A DNA stretch of 64,000 nt from contig JBJEDW010000042.1 in NCBI GenBank assembly GCA_051872415.1, positions 56,850 to 120,849 of the forward strand, given 5' to 3'. Positions within the stretch are counted from its first letter, which is position 1. Each line of letters begins with the position of its first letter. The translations under genes and the position numbers were made by a program. Below the pieces are notes generated by a model. It searched no databases. It saw only the letters and a program-made list of their open reading frames with translations, and was not told the origin of the DNA. Shown here piece by piece: positions 19,618-30,123 of this stretch. Source of the DNA: Bacilli bacterium (GTDB taxonomy: Bacteria; Bacillota_I; Bacilli_A; RF39; UBA660).

Positions 19618-20711
19618 TACGATTTTTTTATTTCTTTTATTTTTAATTTTTCTTTTTTTGTAGAGTTTTTCTTATCATTCTTTTTACTAATATAATTAAT
19701 CTTATCAGGACGTCTTGCACTTTTCATTTTTATCAAATTATCTGGATTAACATCCTCAACATCTGGAATAAGTTCAACATATAAACTATCAAATTCACTA
19801 GATAAATCATCTAAAATTTCTTTATGCAAACACTTAAGCTTTGCTATACTTATCAAATCTTTTTCTATAACAAAATATATTTCAACCCAAATTTTTCTTC
19901 CTGTTTTTATCACATCTAAAAAATTAATATAACAATTATATTTTTCCATATGTTTATTACAAATTTTTCTTATCTTAGCACTAGTCTCACTATCCGGAGC
20001 AAATAACACTAAATTCTTAAGAGATTCCACAAAAAGCCCAATAGGCTCTTTTAATAAAAGAACAGCCAAAATAATAGCAATACCCGGATCAATATAAGGA
20101 CCAATAAAAGAAAAATCAGTTCTGTCAAGTAAAAGTTTAATCAAAAAAGCAACTCCTACTCCTAAAGTACTAAGAGAATCTAGTTTCCAAATATAAAGTT
20201 CAGCCTTAATAGAAGGAGAAGTATATTTCTTACTTAGTTTACTAAGTACAAAATACATAATAACACATGTAAGAGATACTAAAAGTTCAAATATCGCAAC
20301 AACTGAAGCATCAACTTCATTACCACCCGATAAAATAGTTTGCAAACTATCAAAAATCAAAAAACATGTAACCCCTATCAAAACCCCTGATTTAAGTAAA
20401 ATAAACAAAGATTCAATTTGAGAAAACCCATAAGGTCTCTTTTCTGTTTCTGGTTTATAAAGAAGTGGAATAAGAACCAAAAAAGGTCCAATCATAATAA
20501 GATCAGCAATATCATACACACAATCCATAAAAACAGCATTAGAATTAGTTATAATAGCAACAAGTATTTCTGCAAGCAAAAAAGCAATACTACCAACAAA
20601 AGAAATATTAAGAATTAATTTTTCCCGTTTTAAATTGGGATTCATTATGTCACTCCTCTCAAATAGTAATTTTATCAAATTTTCAACAAAAAGTCTATTG
20701 TTAATTACCAA
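19614..20711 (-). CDS. Cation diffusion facilitator family transporter
   Basis: Six-TM CDF core with a C-terminal cytoplasmic domain. Characteristic HxxxD-like region. Confidence 0.75.
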   Translation of the reverse strand: MVINNRLFVENLIKLLFERSDIMNPNLKREKLILNISFVGSIAFLLAEILVAIITNSNAVFMDCVYDIADLIMIGPFLVLIPLLYKPETEKRPYGFSQIESLFILLKSGVLIGVTCFLIFDSLQTILSGGNEVDASVVAIFELLVSLTCVIMYFVLSKLSKKYTSPSIKAELYIWKLDSLSTLGVGVAFLIKLLLDRTDFSFIGPYIDPGIAIILAVLLLKEPIGLFVESLKNLVLFAPDSETSAKIRKICNKHMEKYNCYINFLDVIKTGRKIWVEIYFVIEKDLISIAKLKCLHKEILDDLSSEFDSLYVELIPDVEDVNPDNLIKMKSARRPDKINYISKKNDKKNSTKKEKLKIKEIKKSY

Positions 20712-20820
20712 AGCAAAATCGTTATAGTAAAACTATAACTAACTCTTCATCTTCACTTTAATATTTTAGATAATCTCCATACTTTAAAGTTTTTCCATAT
20801 ATGATAGAAATTATTAAACA

Positions 20821-21732
20821 CTATTTAACTGCTCTAAAAACTCTAAGTTTATTAGTTTTAGGACTCTTATATTTTGATAATCTTCCATAATAACCTGCAG
20901 AACTTCCACAATAACTAGCTTCAGCTCTATAACCAACATTGCCTTTTTTCAAATATATAAAAGTATGACCTCCACTACCACCACTATGTGAATATGTAAA
21001 TATATCTCCAGATTGTAACTGACTCTCTTTAATTGTATTACCAGTATTTATTTTTTTCCATTTTGAAGATTTCTCATAATATGGAATTTGTTCTGCCAAT
21101 CCCCTTGGAACATTCTTATCATAACCAGATGCCCTTATAACTATTCCTACATAAACATCACAACTTCTACCCTTATTAGCACACTTTCCCCATTTATTAT
21201 GATTTGGGTATACTTGATCTAAATATTTAGTAAACGCTGAAGTTGCTTTTTTAGTGGAGTTACTTCTTTGTGATATCGGCCAAGCTGTTTCAAAAGCAAT
21301 TTTAGTTATTGCTTCACCTCCATTAGAAGACGTACTTGTTGCATTTGAAGAAGAACTAGCATTTGCTTTAATTCTTTTTTGTTCTTCTTCTTTTTCTTTT
21401 TTTATCTCTGCATCTTTTTCTGCTTTTACCTTAGCTTTATATGCTTCATATTCACTCGCTTCTTCCTTTTTTGCACTTTCTATTCCAGAAGGCGTTGCAT
21501 TATTATAACAATCTGCTGCACTTACCTGCATATCTCCGAGAAGTCCAAATGCTATATTTACTATCATTGGTACAAAAAATATTGCTACTGCAAAGATTAT
21601 TCTCTTTACTATCATTCTCATATTAGTTTTTATTACATTATCTTCTCCGCTCATTACTATTTTAAATATATCAATAGAAAGCATTAATATAAGTATCGCA
21701 GGTACCACATAACAAAGTATCTTTACTATCAT
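20821..21732 (-). CDS. Membrane-anchored CHAP-domain peptidoglycan hydrolase
   Basis: N-terminal TM helix, a KEKEEEQKR low-complexity linker, and C-terminal Cys...His CHAP-like residues (GRSCDVYVG...GGHTFIY). Confidence 0.55.
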   Translation of the reverse strand: MIVKILCYVVPAILILMLSIDIFKIVMSGEDNVIKTNMRMIVKRIIFAVAIFFVPMIVNIAFGLLGDMQVSAADCYNNATPSGIESAKKEEASEYEAYKAKVKAEKDAEIKKEKEEEQKRIKANASSSSNATSTSSNGGEAITKIAFETAWPISQRSNSTKKATSAFTKYLDQVYPNHNKWGKCANKGRSCDVYVGIVIRASGYDKNVPRGLAEQIPYYEKSSKWKKINTGNTIKESQLQSGDIFTYSHSGGSGGHTFIYLKKGNVGYRAEASYCGSSAGYYGRLSKYKSPKTNKLRVFRAVK

Positions 21733-21914
21733 ATTTATAAAATAAAATATCTAAAGAACATTACTCGTTTCACAAAATGCTCTAAGTATCATAAAAAAAC
21801 TCCTCCCAAGTATAATCAAAATACCAAATACCATTTCTAAATCAATTGTAACAAATTTCAGTCAAAAAGTCCTTAGATTTAATAAAAAATATTATCAAAA
21901 AAGAAAAAATCATC

Positions 21915-22328
21915 CTAAGACAATTTCTTCTTAAAAACATTAGTATCATAAATATTAAAACCTAAACTTTTATAAAGTCTATTAGCTTCTTTTCTCTTTG
22001 AAGAAGATGTAAGCATAATCTCACAAGCTCCATCTTCCAAAACAATTCTTTCAACTTCTGAAAGCATAAACTTAGCAATTCCTTTATTCCTCATATTCTT
22101 ATCAACACAGACAGTATTAATAAAAGCAGTTCTCTTAGAAACAAATATATCATCCATATAATTAACCATACACATTCCAACAACATCATCATCTAAACAA
22201 ACAACATATATATTTTCATTAGTATAGTTAACAGAAGCTGAAACTTTCTTACCAAAAGAATCACTATAAATAGATTTAACTTTTTCCAAATCAGAAACCT
22301 CAAGTCTCCTTACACTTAAACTTTCCAT
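21915..22328 (-). CDS. GNAT family N-acetyltransferase
   Basis: Acetyl-CoA binding motif VDKNMRNKGIAKFML. Confidence 0.7.
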   Translation of the reverse strand: MESLSVRRLEVSDLEKVKSIYSDSFGKKVSASVNYTNENIYVVCLDDDVVGMCMVNYMDDIFVSKRTAFINTVCVDKNMRNKGIAKFMLSEVERIVLEDGACEIMLTSSSKRKEANRLYKSLGFNIYDTNVFKKKLS

Positions 22329-22774
22329 TACTTCGCTCCAGTAGAACCAAATCCACCTTCTCCTCTAATAGTGTCATTAAGCTCAGAAACTTCGTTAAAT
22401 TCAGCTTTATAAAAAGGCATAATAACAAGTTGAGCAATTCTTTCACCATGTCCTATAACTCTATCTTCTGAAGAATGATTATGAACTGCAACCATAACTT
22501 CACCACGATAATCAGCATCAACTACCCCAACCTTATTCGCTGGAGCAAGACCTTTCTTACAAGCAAGACCACTTCTTGCAAAAATCATTCCAGCGTACCC
22601 CTCTGGAATCTCTAGTGCAAGACCAGTTCTAACAAATACAGTTTCACCTGGACTAATAATAACATCATCATCAAGTACCGCATACAAATCAGCACCCGCT
22701 GACAATTTTGAACCATAAGTTGGAATAACTGCCCTTTCATCTAATTTCTTAATATTAACATTTCCACCTAACAT
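22328..22774 (-). CDS. dut: dUTP diphosphatase
   Basis: Five dUTPase motifs, including AGADL, RSGLA and GVVDADYRGEV. Confidence 0.9.
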   Translation of the reverse strand: MLGGNVNIKKLDERAVIPTYGSKLSAGADLYAVLDDDVIISPGETVFVRTGLALEIPEGYAGMIFARSGLACKKGLAPANKVGVVDADYRGEVMVAVHNHSSEDRVIGHGERIAQLVIMPFYKAEFNEVSELNDTIRGEGGFGSTGAK

Positions 22775-23310
22775 AAAACTTTCTCCTTTTCAAAAATAAT
22801 TTCACTAACTTCCCCCAACTTTAAACTTTCCTGAACATCAATAATTCTCTGATTAGAAGAGCCCCTAAAATAAAGATTAGGATTCTTAAGAGACTCTTCA
22901 AACTTTCCATCAACTAAAACATCTATATAAGATAAAAGTTCCTTAGTCTCAGGAAAAATATTGCACTGTTTACCAACAATATCCCTATCAAACAAAAATC
23001 CAGAATAAGCCCAAATACTCTTTTCAGGATAAGTAGTCTTAACCTTACGAACAAGATCCAAAAGACCTATTTGATTAACATGTTCAAAAGGTTCACCACC
23101 AAGAAGAGAAAGCCCTTCAATATAATCAGGAGCCATCGCATTAATCACTTCATCAATAGTCTCTTCCGTAAAAACATTACCATAATCAAAATCCCAAGCC
23201 TCTTTATTAAAACATCCCTTACAATGATGATTACATCCACTAACAAATACAGAAACTCTAATACCAGGACCATTAGCAACATCATATTTCTTTATAGTAG
23301 CATATTTCAT
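22768..23310 (-). CDS. nrdG: Anaerobic ribonucleotide reductase activating protein (radical SAM)
   Basis: CNHHCKGC cluster motif. Adjacent to nrdD. Confidence 0.85.
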   Translation of the reverse strand: MKYATIKKYDVANGPGIRVSVFVSGCNHHCKGCFNKEAWDFDYGNVFTEETIDEVINAMAPDYIEGLSLLGGEPFEHVNQIGLLDLVRKVKTTYPEKSIWAYSGFLFDRDIVGKQCNIFPETKELLSYIDVLVDGKFEESLKNPNLYFRGSSNQRIIDVQESLKLGEVSEIIFEKEKVLC

Positions 23311-23320
23311 AAATAACCTC

Positions 23321-25465
23321 CTAAAGATGCAAAGTACGTAAATTTATTTCCTTAGTTTTTCCTTCATTCCAGAAATTTTCTCCTAAATAACCACAAGTTC
23401 TACGAGTTACATTCATCTTATTTTTATCTTTATTTCCACAATTAGGACATTCCCATTCAAGATCTTTATTTATTATAATTTCTCCATCAAAACCACACTC
23501 ATGACAATAATCACTCTTAGTATTAAACTCAGCATATTGAATATTGTCATAAATAAATTTAACAAGTTCTTCTAATGCTTTAAGATTATGTCTCATATTC
23601 GGAATTTCAACATAACTAATCGCACCACCTGAACTAATCTTTTGAAACTGACTTTCAAACTTAAGCTTACTAAAAGCATCAATCTTTTCCCTAACATCAA
23701 CATGATAAGAATTAGTATAATATCCCTTATCAGTTACATCTTTAATAGTACCAAACTTTTCCTTATCAATACGAGCAAATCTATAACATAAACTCTCCGC
23801 AGGTGTTCCATATAAAGCAAAACCAATACCAGTTTCTTCTTTCCAACGATCAGTAGTAGCCCTAAGTTTATTCATAACCTTAAGAGCAAATTCTTCCCCA
23901 ACTGGATCAGTATGACTAACACCCTTAACAAGTTTAGTAGTCTCATAAATTCCAATATAACCAAGAGAAATAGAAGAATATCCACCCTTTAAAAGTTTAT
24001 CAATCTTTTCCCCTTTCTTAAGTCTTGCAATCGCACCATATTGAAAATGAACAGGACTAGTATCAGAAAGCGTTCCAAGAAGAGCATAATGACGACACAT
24101 AATCGCTTCATAACAAAGTTCAAGTCTTTCTTCAAGAATTTCAAAAAACTTATCTTCATCACCCTCACTTAAAATACCAATTTGTGGAAGATTAATACTA
24201 ACAACACCTTGATTAAATCTACCTTCAAACTTATAATTTCCATCCTCATCCTTCCAAGGAGCAAGAAAACTTCTACAACCCATTGGGCTAAATACATTAC
24301 CCTCACAATTTTCTCTCATCTTTTTCGCAGAAATATAATCAGGATACATTCTCTTAGAAGAACACTTAACAGCAAGATGAGTCAAATAATCATACTTACC
24401 ACCCTTTAATGAGTTATGTTCATCAAGAACATAAATAAGTTTAGGAAAAGCTGGAGTAATATACACACCTTTTTCATTCTTAATACCTTGAAGTCTTTGA
24501 TTCAAAATTTCTTCAATAATCATAGCATTTTCTTCAATATAAGGATCATCTTCCTTAAGATTCAAAAACAAAGTAACAAAAGGAGTTTGTCCATTAGTAG
24601 TCATCAAAGTATTAATTTGATATTGAATAGTTTGAACTCCCGCAGAAAGTTCTTCTTTTAATCTTTCTTCCACTAAAGCATCAATTTCTTCCTTAGAAAT
24701 CTTACCCTTATGCTTAGCATTAATCTTTTTCTTAAACTTATCACGACTTATTTTAAGATACTTACCAAGATGACTTACATCAACACTTTGTCCTCCATAT
24801 TGATTAGAAGCAACCGCTGCAATAATCTGAGTCATAACAGTACAAGCAACTTGAAAACTTTTAGGACTCTCAATCATCTTTCCATTCATAACAGTACCAT
24901 TATCAAGCATATCACCAATATTAATCAAACAACAATTAAATATAGGTTGAACAAAATAATCTGCATCATGAAAATGTAAAATTCCATCCTCATGAGCCTT
25001 ACTAATCTTCTCAGGCAAAAGTATCCTCTTAGTCAAATCACGAGAAACTTCCCCAGCAATATAATCTCTTTGAGTCGAAGCAACAGTAGGATTCTTATTA
25101 GAATTTTCCTCATTAAGTTCTTTATTTTCATTCTTAATCAAACTAAGAATAGATTCATCAGTAGTATTACTCTTCCTAACTAAAGCTCTATTATAACGAT
25201 AAATAATATAAGCCTTAGCAAGATCAAACTTCTTAATATCCATAAGTTTCTTTTCAATAATATCTTGAATATCCTCAACCAAAATTCTCTTTTTCTTAAG
25301 TCCCTCAATATATTTTATAATATTTTCAATTTGTCTACTACTAACTCTTTCTTCTTCACAAACATCTTCATTAGCCTTAGTAATAGCAACTCTAATCTTT
25401 TCTCTGTCATAGTCAACTGCACGACCATCACGTTTAATTACTTTCATTTTCATAACTCCTCTCAT
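23321..25465 (-). CDS. nrdD: Anaerobic ribonucleoside-triphosphate reductase
   Basis: ATP-cone N-terminus, C-terminal Zn ribbon CHECG...CPNCG, and glycyl-radical motif RRTCGYLG. Confidence 0.95.
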   Translation of the reverse strand: MRGVMKMKVIKRDGRAVDYDREKIRVAITKANEDVCEEERVSSRQIENIIKYIEGLKKKRILVEDIQDIIEKKLMDIKKFDLAKAYIIYRYNRALVRKSNTTDESILSLIKNENKELNEENSNKNPTVASTQRDYIAGEVSRDLTKRILLPEKISKAHEDGILHFHDADYFVQPIFNCCLINIGDMLDNGTVMNGKMIESPKSFQVACTVMTQIIAAVASNQYGGQSVDVSHLGKYLKISRDKFKKKINAKHKGKISKEEIDALVEERLKEELSAGVQTIQYQINTLMTTNGQTPFVTLFLNLKEDDPYIEENAMIIEEILNQRLQGIKNEKGVYITPAFPKLIYVLDEHNSLKGGKYDYLTHLAVKCSSKRMYPDYISAKKMRENCEGNVFSPMGCRSFLAPWKDEDGNYKFEGRFNQGVVSINLPQIGILSEGDEDKFFEILEERLELCYEAIMCRHYALLGTLSDTSPVHFQYGAIARLKKGEKIDKLLKGGYSSISLGYIGIYETTKLVKGVSHTDPVGEEFALKVMNKLRATTDRWKEETGIGFALYGTPAESLCYRFARIDKEKFGTIKDVTDKGYYTNSYHVDVREKIDAFSKLKFESQFQKISSGGAISYVEIPNMRHNLKALEELVKFIYDNIQYAEFNTKSDYCHECGFDGEIIINKDLEWECPNCGNKDKNKMNVTRRTCGYLGENFWNEGKTKEINLRTLHL

Positions 25466-25508
25466 GTATTCTTACAACATCATCTTAACATAAAAACCAA
25501 AATATTTT

Positions 25509-25526
25509 TTGTTGCATTTGCAACAA
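25509..25526. promoter_or_regulatory. Palindrome TTGTTGCA-TT-TGCAACAA in the divergent nrdD / crp-fnr promoter region
   Basis: Perfect 8-bp arms. A TATAAT-like box lies 10 bp downstream on the plus strand. Confidence 0.4.
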
Positions 25527-25577
25527 AATTAAAATATAATTAAATTAATAAAATTACTTTACAAAGGAGAAAAAATC

Positions 25578-26213
25578 ATGAAAAAAATTTCCATATTTGA
25601 AAACATAAACAAAGAAGATATTAACAAAATGTTAAAATGTTTCGAAGCAAAAACAAGAACCTTCAAAAAAGATGCAATAATTCTAAATTACTTAGGAAAC
25701 ACCAGTATGATAGGAATAATCATAAAAGGAAAAGCAGAACTAATAAGAAATGATTACAATGGAAACAGAACCATTCTAGAAACCCTAAATGAAAACGATA
25801 TCTTCGGAGAAATATTTTCAAATTACAACACAGATGAACTTTCAGTAAAAGCAACCGAAGAAACAGAAGTATTATTTATCGACTATTATCACATAACAAA
25901 AAGATGTAAAAAAGCTTGTCCTTATCACAGTACTCTAGTAGAAAACACTCTAAACATCTTATCCCAAAAAATAGTAACCAATAACGAAAGAATAGAAATA
26001 CTAGCAAAAAGAACCATTAGAGAAAAACTACTAGCATACTTTGACATCATGTCAAAAAAGAAACTATCCAAAACATTTACTATTCCCTTAACATATACTG
26101 ATTTAGCAGACTATCTAGGAATAGATAGAAGCGCCATGCAAAGAGAGTTAAAAAATCTAAAAGAAGATGAACTAATAAAAACCTCAGGTAAAAAAATAAC
26201 CCTAAATTACTAA
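25578..26213 (+). CDS. Crp/Fnr family transcriptional regulator
   Basis: cNMP-binding beta-roll (GEIFS) plus a C-terminal HTH (TYTDLADYLGIDRSAMQRELKNL). Confidence 0.8.
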   Translation: MKKISIFENINKEDINKMLKCFEAKTRTFKKDAIILNYLGNTSMIGIIIKGKAELIRNDYNGNRTILETLNENDIFGEIFSNYNTDELSVKATEETEVLFIDYYHITKRCKKACPYHSTLVENTLNILSQKIVTNNERIEILAKRTIREKLLAYFDIMSKKKLSKTFTIPLTYTDLADYLGIDRSAMQRELKNLKEDELIKTSGKKITLNY

Positions 26214-26262
26214 AAAAAGGGCAAATGAAAAAGCCTTCGAAACGAAAGCTTAAAGTTTGATT

Positions 26263-27642
26263 CTAGACTGCTCCACATTCAAATATTTCGCTACCCAATG
26301 TCCATTTTGGACCTGTAATTAAGATATCTGAAGTTACTCCAGAACCGCAAAACATGGAATATCCATTTGTTACTTTACTTGTATCCCAAGTGTTTAAATC
26401 TAAATCATATAGTTTATATGTGTTTTGAAACATTTCCCCCATGTATAGTACCTTTGATACATTTAATTTATTGGCATTTATTGTTGTGAGATTCACAAAA
26501 CTATCAAACATATAACTGCTATCAGGATTGGCATATATTGTATCTTTGGTTGTTGCTATATATAAAGTATAATTGGAAGATGTGCCTTCTACCCAAGCGA
26601 TTACACTTCCATCTTGTTCTTCGCTTACATCAAGCACCTTCCCATCAACTGCATTACTTGTATCTATTACACTTTGACTCGTTTTAAATTCTACTATTTT
26701 TATAGAATCATTATAATAACCACCCCCAAATGAATCGTTGATTAGATTTTTGAAACTTCGTCCTATCATTAAAGTGGCATTTGTTTCTTCTTGAGGTATT
26801 TTTACTCCTATTTTAAATTTGTATTCTAACTTTGTATTTTCATCCCAGTTTCCTGCTTCTACATCTTTATCTACCCATACTCTCAGTTTAAATTTATCTG
26901 TTTGTTTGGTATTTGTTTTACTATGTATATTTGTATCATTATATAGTATGTAGTTATCTCCTAAAGAACTTATTTTTGTTGGAGATATTAATACATTTCC
27001 TTCATAATCTTCTAAATATATTTTTACTTCATTATCTTTTAAGAATTGAGAAGAATCTACATTATCTCCATTAAATGTATAATCATATGTTATTGTTTCT
27101 CCGGTATCATTTTGATACCAATCAATTAAATCAGCTTCGTAACCTGCTGTTTCTAAAGAATCAGCGCCATTTTGAGCATCTTCTTCAGACCATCCTATAC
27201 TTATAAAATAATTATAAATTCCTTCTTTATCATGGGCTATTATTGCATTATACAAAGTTGTTGCTTGGTCTGTTGTTACGCTGTACATATTGGCTAACCC
27301 ATTAATCAGCTTATTCTTACTTTCTTCTGATATATTAAAATAACAACTTGGATATGTCTCTTTACTTGGATTTTCTATTTCACTACATTTTGTATATATT
27401 TTTTCTAAGTAAAGACTATATCCTATTTCTAAATTTTTACTTGCTTTTGTTGTTACTGCAAAGTCGAATGTTTCATTTAATGTTTTACCTGTTTCATCAC
27501 TTATTGGAAGAGCATTTTCTATACTTATTATATCTGTATTACTTTCTAATAGTTCTAAAGATACTTCTCCTGTATCTATTTTGTTTGTTTCTCCTAAAAA
27601 GTTATAATTCCACACAGCAAAACTTATGCCTGTACAAAGCAT
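26263..27642 (-). CDS. DUF285 / BspA-type surface protein. Body of a phase-variable gene; the true start lies at 27766 behind a poly-G tract
   Basis: C-terminal YMFDSF..LDLNTWDTSKVTNGYSMF DUF285 repeats. The in-frame leader 27715-27766 encodes MKKLFKSTNKCSS-GGGG, which is cut off by the frameshift. Confidence 0.7.
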   Translation of the reverse strand: MLCTGISFAVWNYNFLGETNKIDTGEVSLELLESNTDIISIENALPISDETGKTLNETFDFAVTTKASKNLEIGYSLYLEKIYTKCSEIENPSKETYPSCYFNISEESKNKLINGLANMYSVTTDQATTLYNAIIAHDKEGIYNYFISIGWSEEDAQNGADSLETAGYEADLIDWYQNDTGETITYDYTFNGDNVDSSQFLKDNEVKIYLEDYEGNVLISPTKISSLGDNYILYNDTNIHSKTNTKQTDKFKLRVWVDKDVEAGNWDENTKLEYKFKIGVKIPQEETNATLMIGRSFKNLINDSFGGGYYNDSIKIVEFKTSQSVIDTSNAVDGKVLDVSEEQDGSVIAWVEGTSSNYTLYIATTKDTIYANPDSSYMFDSFVNLTTINANKLNVSKVLYMGEMFQNTYKLYDLDLNTWDTSKVTNGYSMFCGSGVTSDILITGPKWTLGSEIFECGAV

Positions 27643-27717
27643 AAGTAATATTACTATTAGAGAAATTGTTATTATTTTTCTTTTATTATCCCATTTATTT
27701 ATAGGGTTTTTAGTTAA

Positions 27718-27728
27718 CCCCCCCCCCA
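27718..27728. repeat. Homopolymeric tract C11 (G11 on the coding strand) inside the 5' coding region of the DUF285 gene
   Basis: 11 consecutive C. With 12 (or 9, or 15) the leader MKKLFKSTNKCSSGGGG joins in frame to LTKNPINKWDNKRKIITISLIVILLMLCTG..., giving a signal peptide. Confidence 0.85.
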
Positions 27729-27963
27729 GACGAACATTTGTTTGTACTTTTAAATAGTTTCTTCATAGTTTTTACTCCTTTTTTGTAGAATTTTTTCACT
27801 TAAATTACTCTACTTATTTTCATAACCTAATTATACAGTTTTTAATTTATTTTAACAATACCATTTTTTACTTTTTACACTTTTTTCTATTTAACACAAC
27901 TTAAATAAACACTTTTAACAAAATCACAAACCAAAACCACCATACATATACTAAACTAGATAG

Positions 27964-28221
27964 GTGAGGAAAGTGAAAATAGATACTTTAAACAACTTAA
28001 ATTTAGAGGAAACTGCCTATATCATAGAAAATGATATAAAAACAGAAAACAAACAAAATCTAATCAATTTAGGAATAACAAAGAATTCAAAAATAAAATG
28101 TTTATACAAAAGTCCTTTTAACGACCCAACTGCATATCAAATAAAAAATGTTATTTTAGCAATAAGAGAAGAAGATGCTAAACAAATAATGATTTTAAGG
28201 AAAGATAATGGGACTTACTAG
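27964..28221 (+). CDS. feoA: Ferrous iron transport protein A
   Basis: Small SH3-like FeoA domain. GTG start. Overlaps feoB. Confidence 0.75.
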   Translation: MRKVKIDTLNNLNLEETAYIIENDIKTENKQNLINLGITKNSKIKCLYKSPFNDPTAYQIKNVILAIREEDAKQIMILRKDNGTY

Positions 28222-30085
28222 AAAATCAAAATTATTCAAAATAAAAGAAAACGAAAATACCCTAATAGAAAACAAAAACATAATAGCACTACTAGGAAAC
28301 CCAAATGTAGGCAAAACAACTTTATTCAACACCTTAACAGGACTAAGACAGCACACCGGAAACTGGCCTGGAAAAACAGTATCTAACGCAGAAGGAAAAC
28401 TAAAAATTAAAAACAAAACCTATAACTTAATAGACCTACCAGGAATTTACTCTTTAAATGCTTACTCTGAAGATGAACAAATAGCAAAAGAATTTATAAA
28501 AACTAAAGACATAGATATCATCCTTTTAGTAGTAGATGCAACTTCTTTAGAAAGAAACTTAAACCTTGTTTTAGAAACAAAAAACATAAAAAACAACATA
28601 ATAGTATGTCTAAATCTACTAGATGAAGCAAAAAAGAAAAACATAGATATTGATATCAAAAAACTAGAAAAAGAATTAAACTTACCAGTAATAGGCACAA
28701 GTGCAATAAACAAAGCTGGAATAAATGATCTTATAGAAACAATAGAAAATTATAATAAACCCAAAGAAAAAGAAGATTATGTTATTAACACCGAAGAAAA
28801 AGCCAAAAATATTTATGAAAATTGTGTAACTTTAAAAGAAGAAAATTATAATAAAAAAACTATCAAAATAGATAAAATTCTAACTTCTAAAAAATATGGA
28901 ATACCAATAATGCTCCTAACACTTGGACTTATTCTTTGGATAACTATAATCGGGGCTAATTACCCATCTGAACTTTTAAACAAAGGACTATTTTATATTT
29001 ATGATAAACTACTAATTCTTCTAACAAATCTAGGAATAAATACTACTATAATAGATTTTCTTTTAAATGGAATATATAAAGTAGTAGCATGGGTAATATC
29101 AGTTATGCTTCCCCCTATGGCAATATTTTTTCCATTATTTACACTCCTAGAAGATTTAGGATATCTTCCTAGAATAGCATTTAACATGGACAAAGTATTT
29201 AAAAAATGTGGTGCTCATGGAAAACAATCTCTAACAATGTGTATGGGATATGGTTGTAATGCATGTGGAGTAATCGGATGTAGAATAATCCAGTCAAAAA
29301 AAGAAAAACTAATAGCAATCTTAACTAACGTTTTTTCTCCTTGCAACGGAAGATTTCCTTCTTTAATAGCAATAATATCTATCTTTCTAGTAAGTGGAGC
29401 TTCAAACAAATTTGCATCTTCAACACTATCAGCACTTACTCTTCTTGGACTAATAGTTTTCTCGGTTCTAATAACTCTACTAATATCAAAAATTCTTTCA
29501 AGTACAATTCTAAAAGGAAAGCAAAGTTCATTTACCCTAGAACTTCCACCTTATAGAAAACCAAAAATATTAGATACAATCATAAGATCCATCCTAGATA
29601 GAACAATATTTGTTTTAGGAAGAGCAATATATATATCAATACCCGCAGGAATATTAATCTGGCTAACAACAAACATCACAATTAACAGCATTCCACTACT
29701 TAATTATTTATCAAACTTTTTAGAACCACTTGGAACAATAATCGGATTAGATGGTACAATCCTAATAGCATTCCTTTTAGGATTGCCTGCAAATGAAATA
29801 GTAATTCCTATATTATTAATGTCTTACACACAAATGACTACTCTAACAGACTACAACTCCTTAAATGAATTAAAAACATTATTAATAGATAATAACTGGA
29901 CAATAATAACAGCAATATCATTTATGATATTTACAATCTGTCACTTTCCATGTGGCACAACAATAATGACAATAAAAAAAGAAACCAAAAGCACAAAATG
30001 GACATTATTAAGTATAATAATACCAACCCTAACAGGACTCATTCTATGTTTTATAGTATCAAACATCTTAAAACTCTTTATCTAA
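28208..30085 (+). CDS. feoB: Ferrous iron transporter FeoB
   Basis: N-terminal G domain GNPNVGKTT plus a polytopic permease domain. Confidence 0.9.
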   Translation: MGLTRKSKLFKIKENENTLIENKNIIALLGNPNVGKTTLFNTLTGLRQHTGNWPGKTVSNAEGKLKIKNKTYNLIDLPGIYSLNAYSEDEQIAKEFIKTKDIDIILLVVDATSLERNLNLVLETKNIKNNIIVCLNLLDEAKKKNIDIDIKKLEKELNLPVIGTSAINKAGINDLIETIENYNKPKEKEDYVINTEEKAKNIYENCVTLKEENYNKKTIKIDKILTSKKYGIPIMLLTLGLILWITIIGANYPSELLNKGLFYIYDKLLILLTNLGINTTIIDFLLNGIYKVVAWVISVMLPPMAIFFPLFTLLEDLGYLPRIAFNMDKVFKKCGAHGKQSLTMCMGYGCNACGVIGCRIIQSKKEKLIAILTNVFSPCNGRFPSLIAIISIFLVSGASNKFASSTLSALTLLGLIVFSVLITLLISKILSSTILKGKQSSFTLELPPYRKPKILDTIIRSILDRTIFVLGRAIYISIPAGILIWLTTNITINSIPLLNYLSNFLEPLGTIIGLDGTILIAFLLGLPANEIVIPILLMSYTQMTTLTDYNSLNELKTLLIDNNWTIITAISFMIFTICHFPCGTTIMTIKKETKSTKWTLLSIIIPTLTGLILCFIVSNILKLFI

Positions 30086-30123
30086 ATTTAAACACTAAAA
30101 AAGTATCAAAACGATACTTTTTT

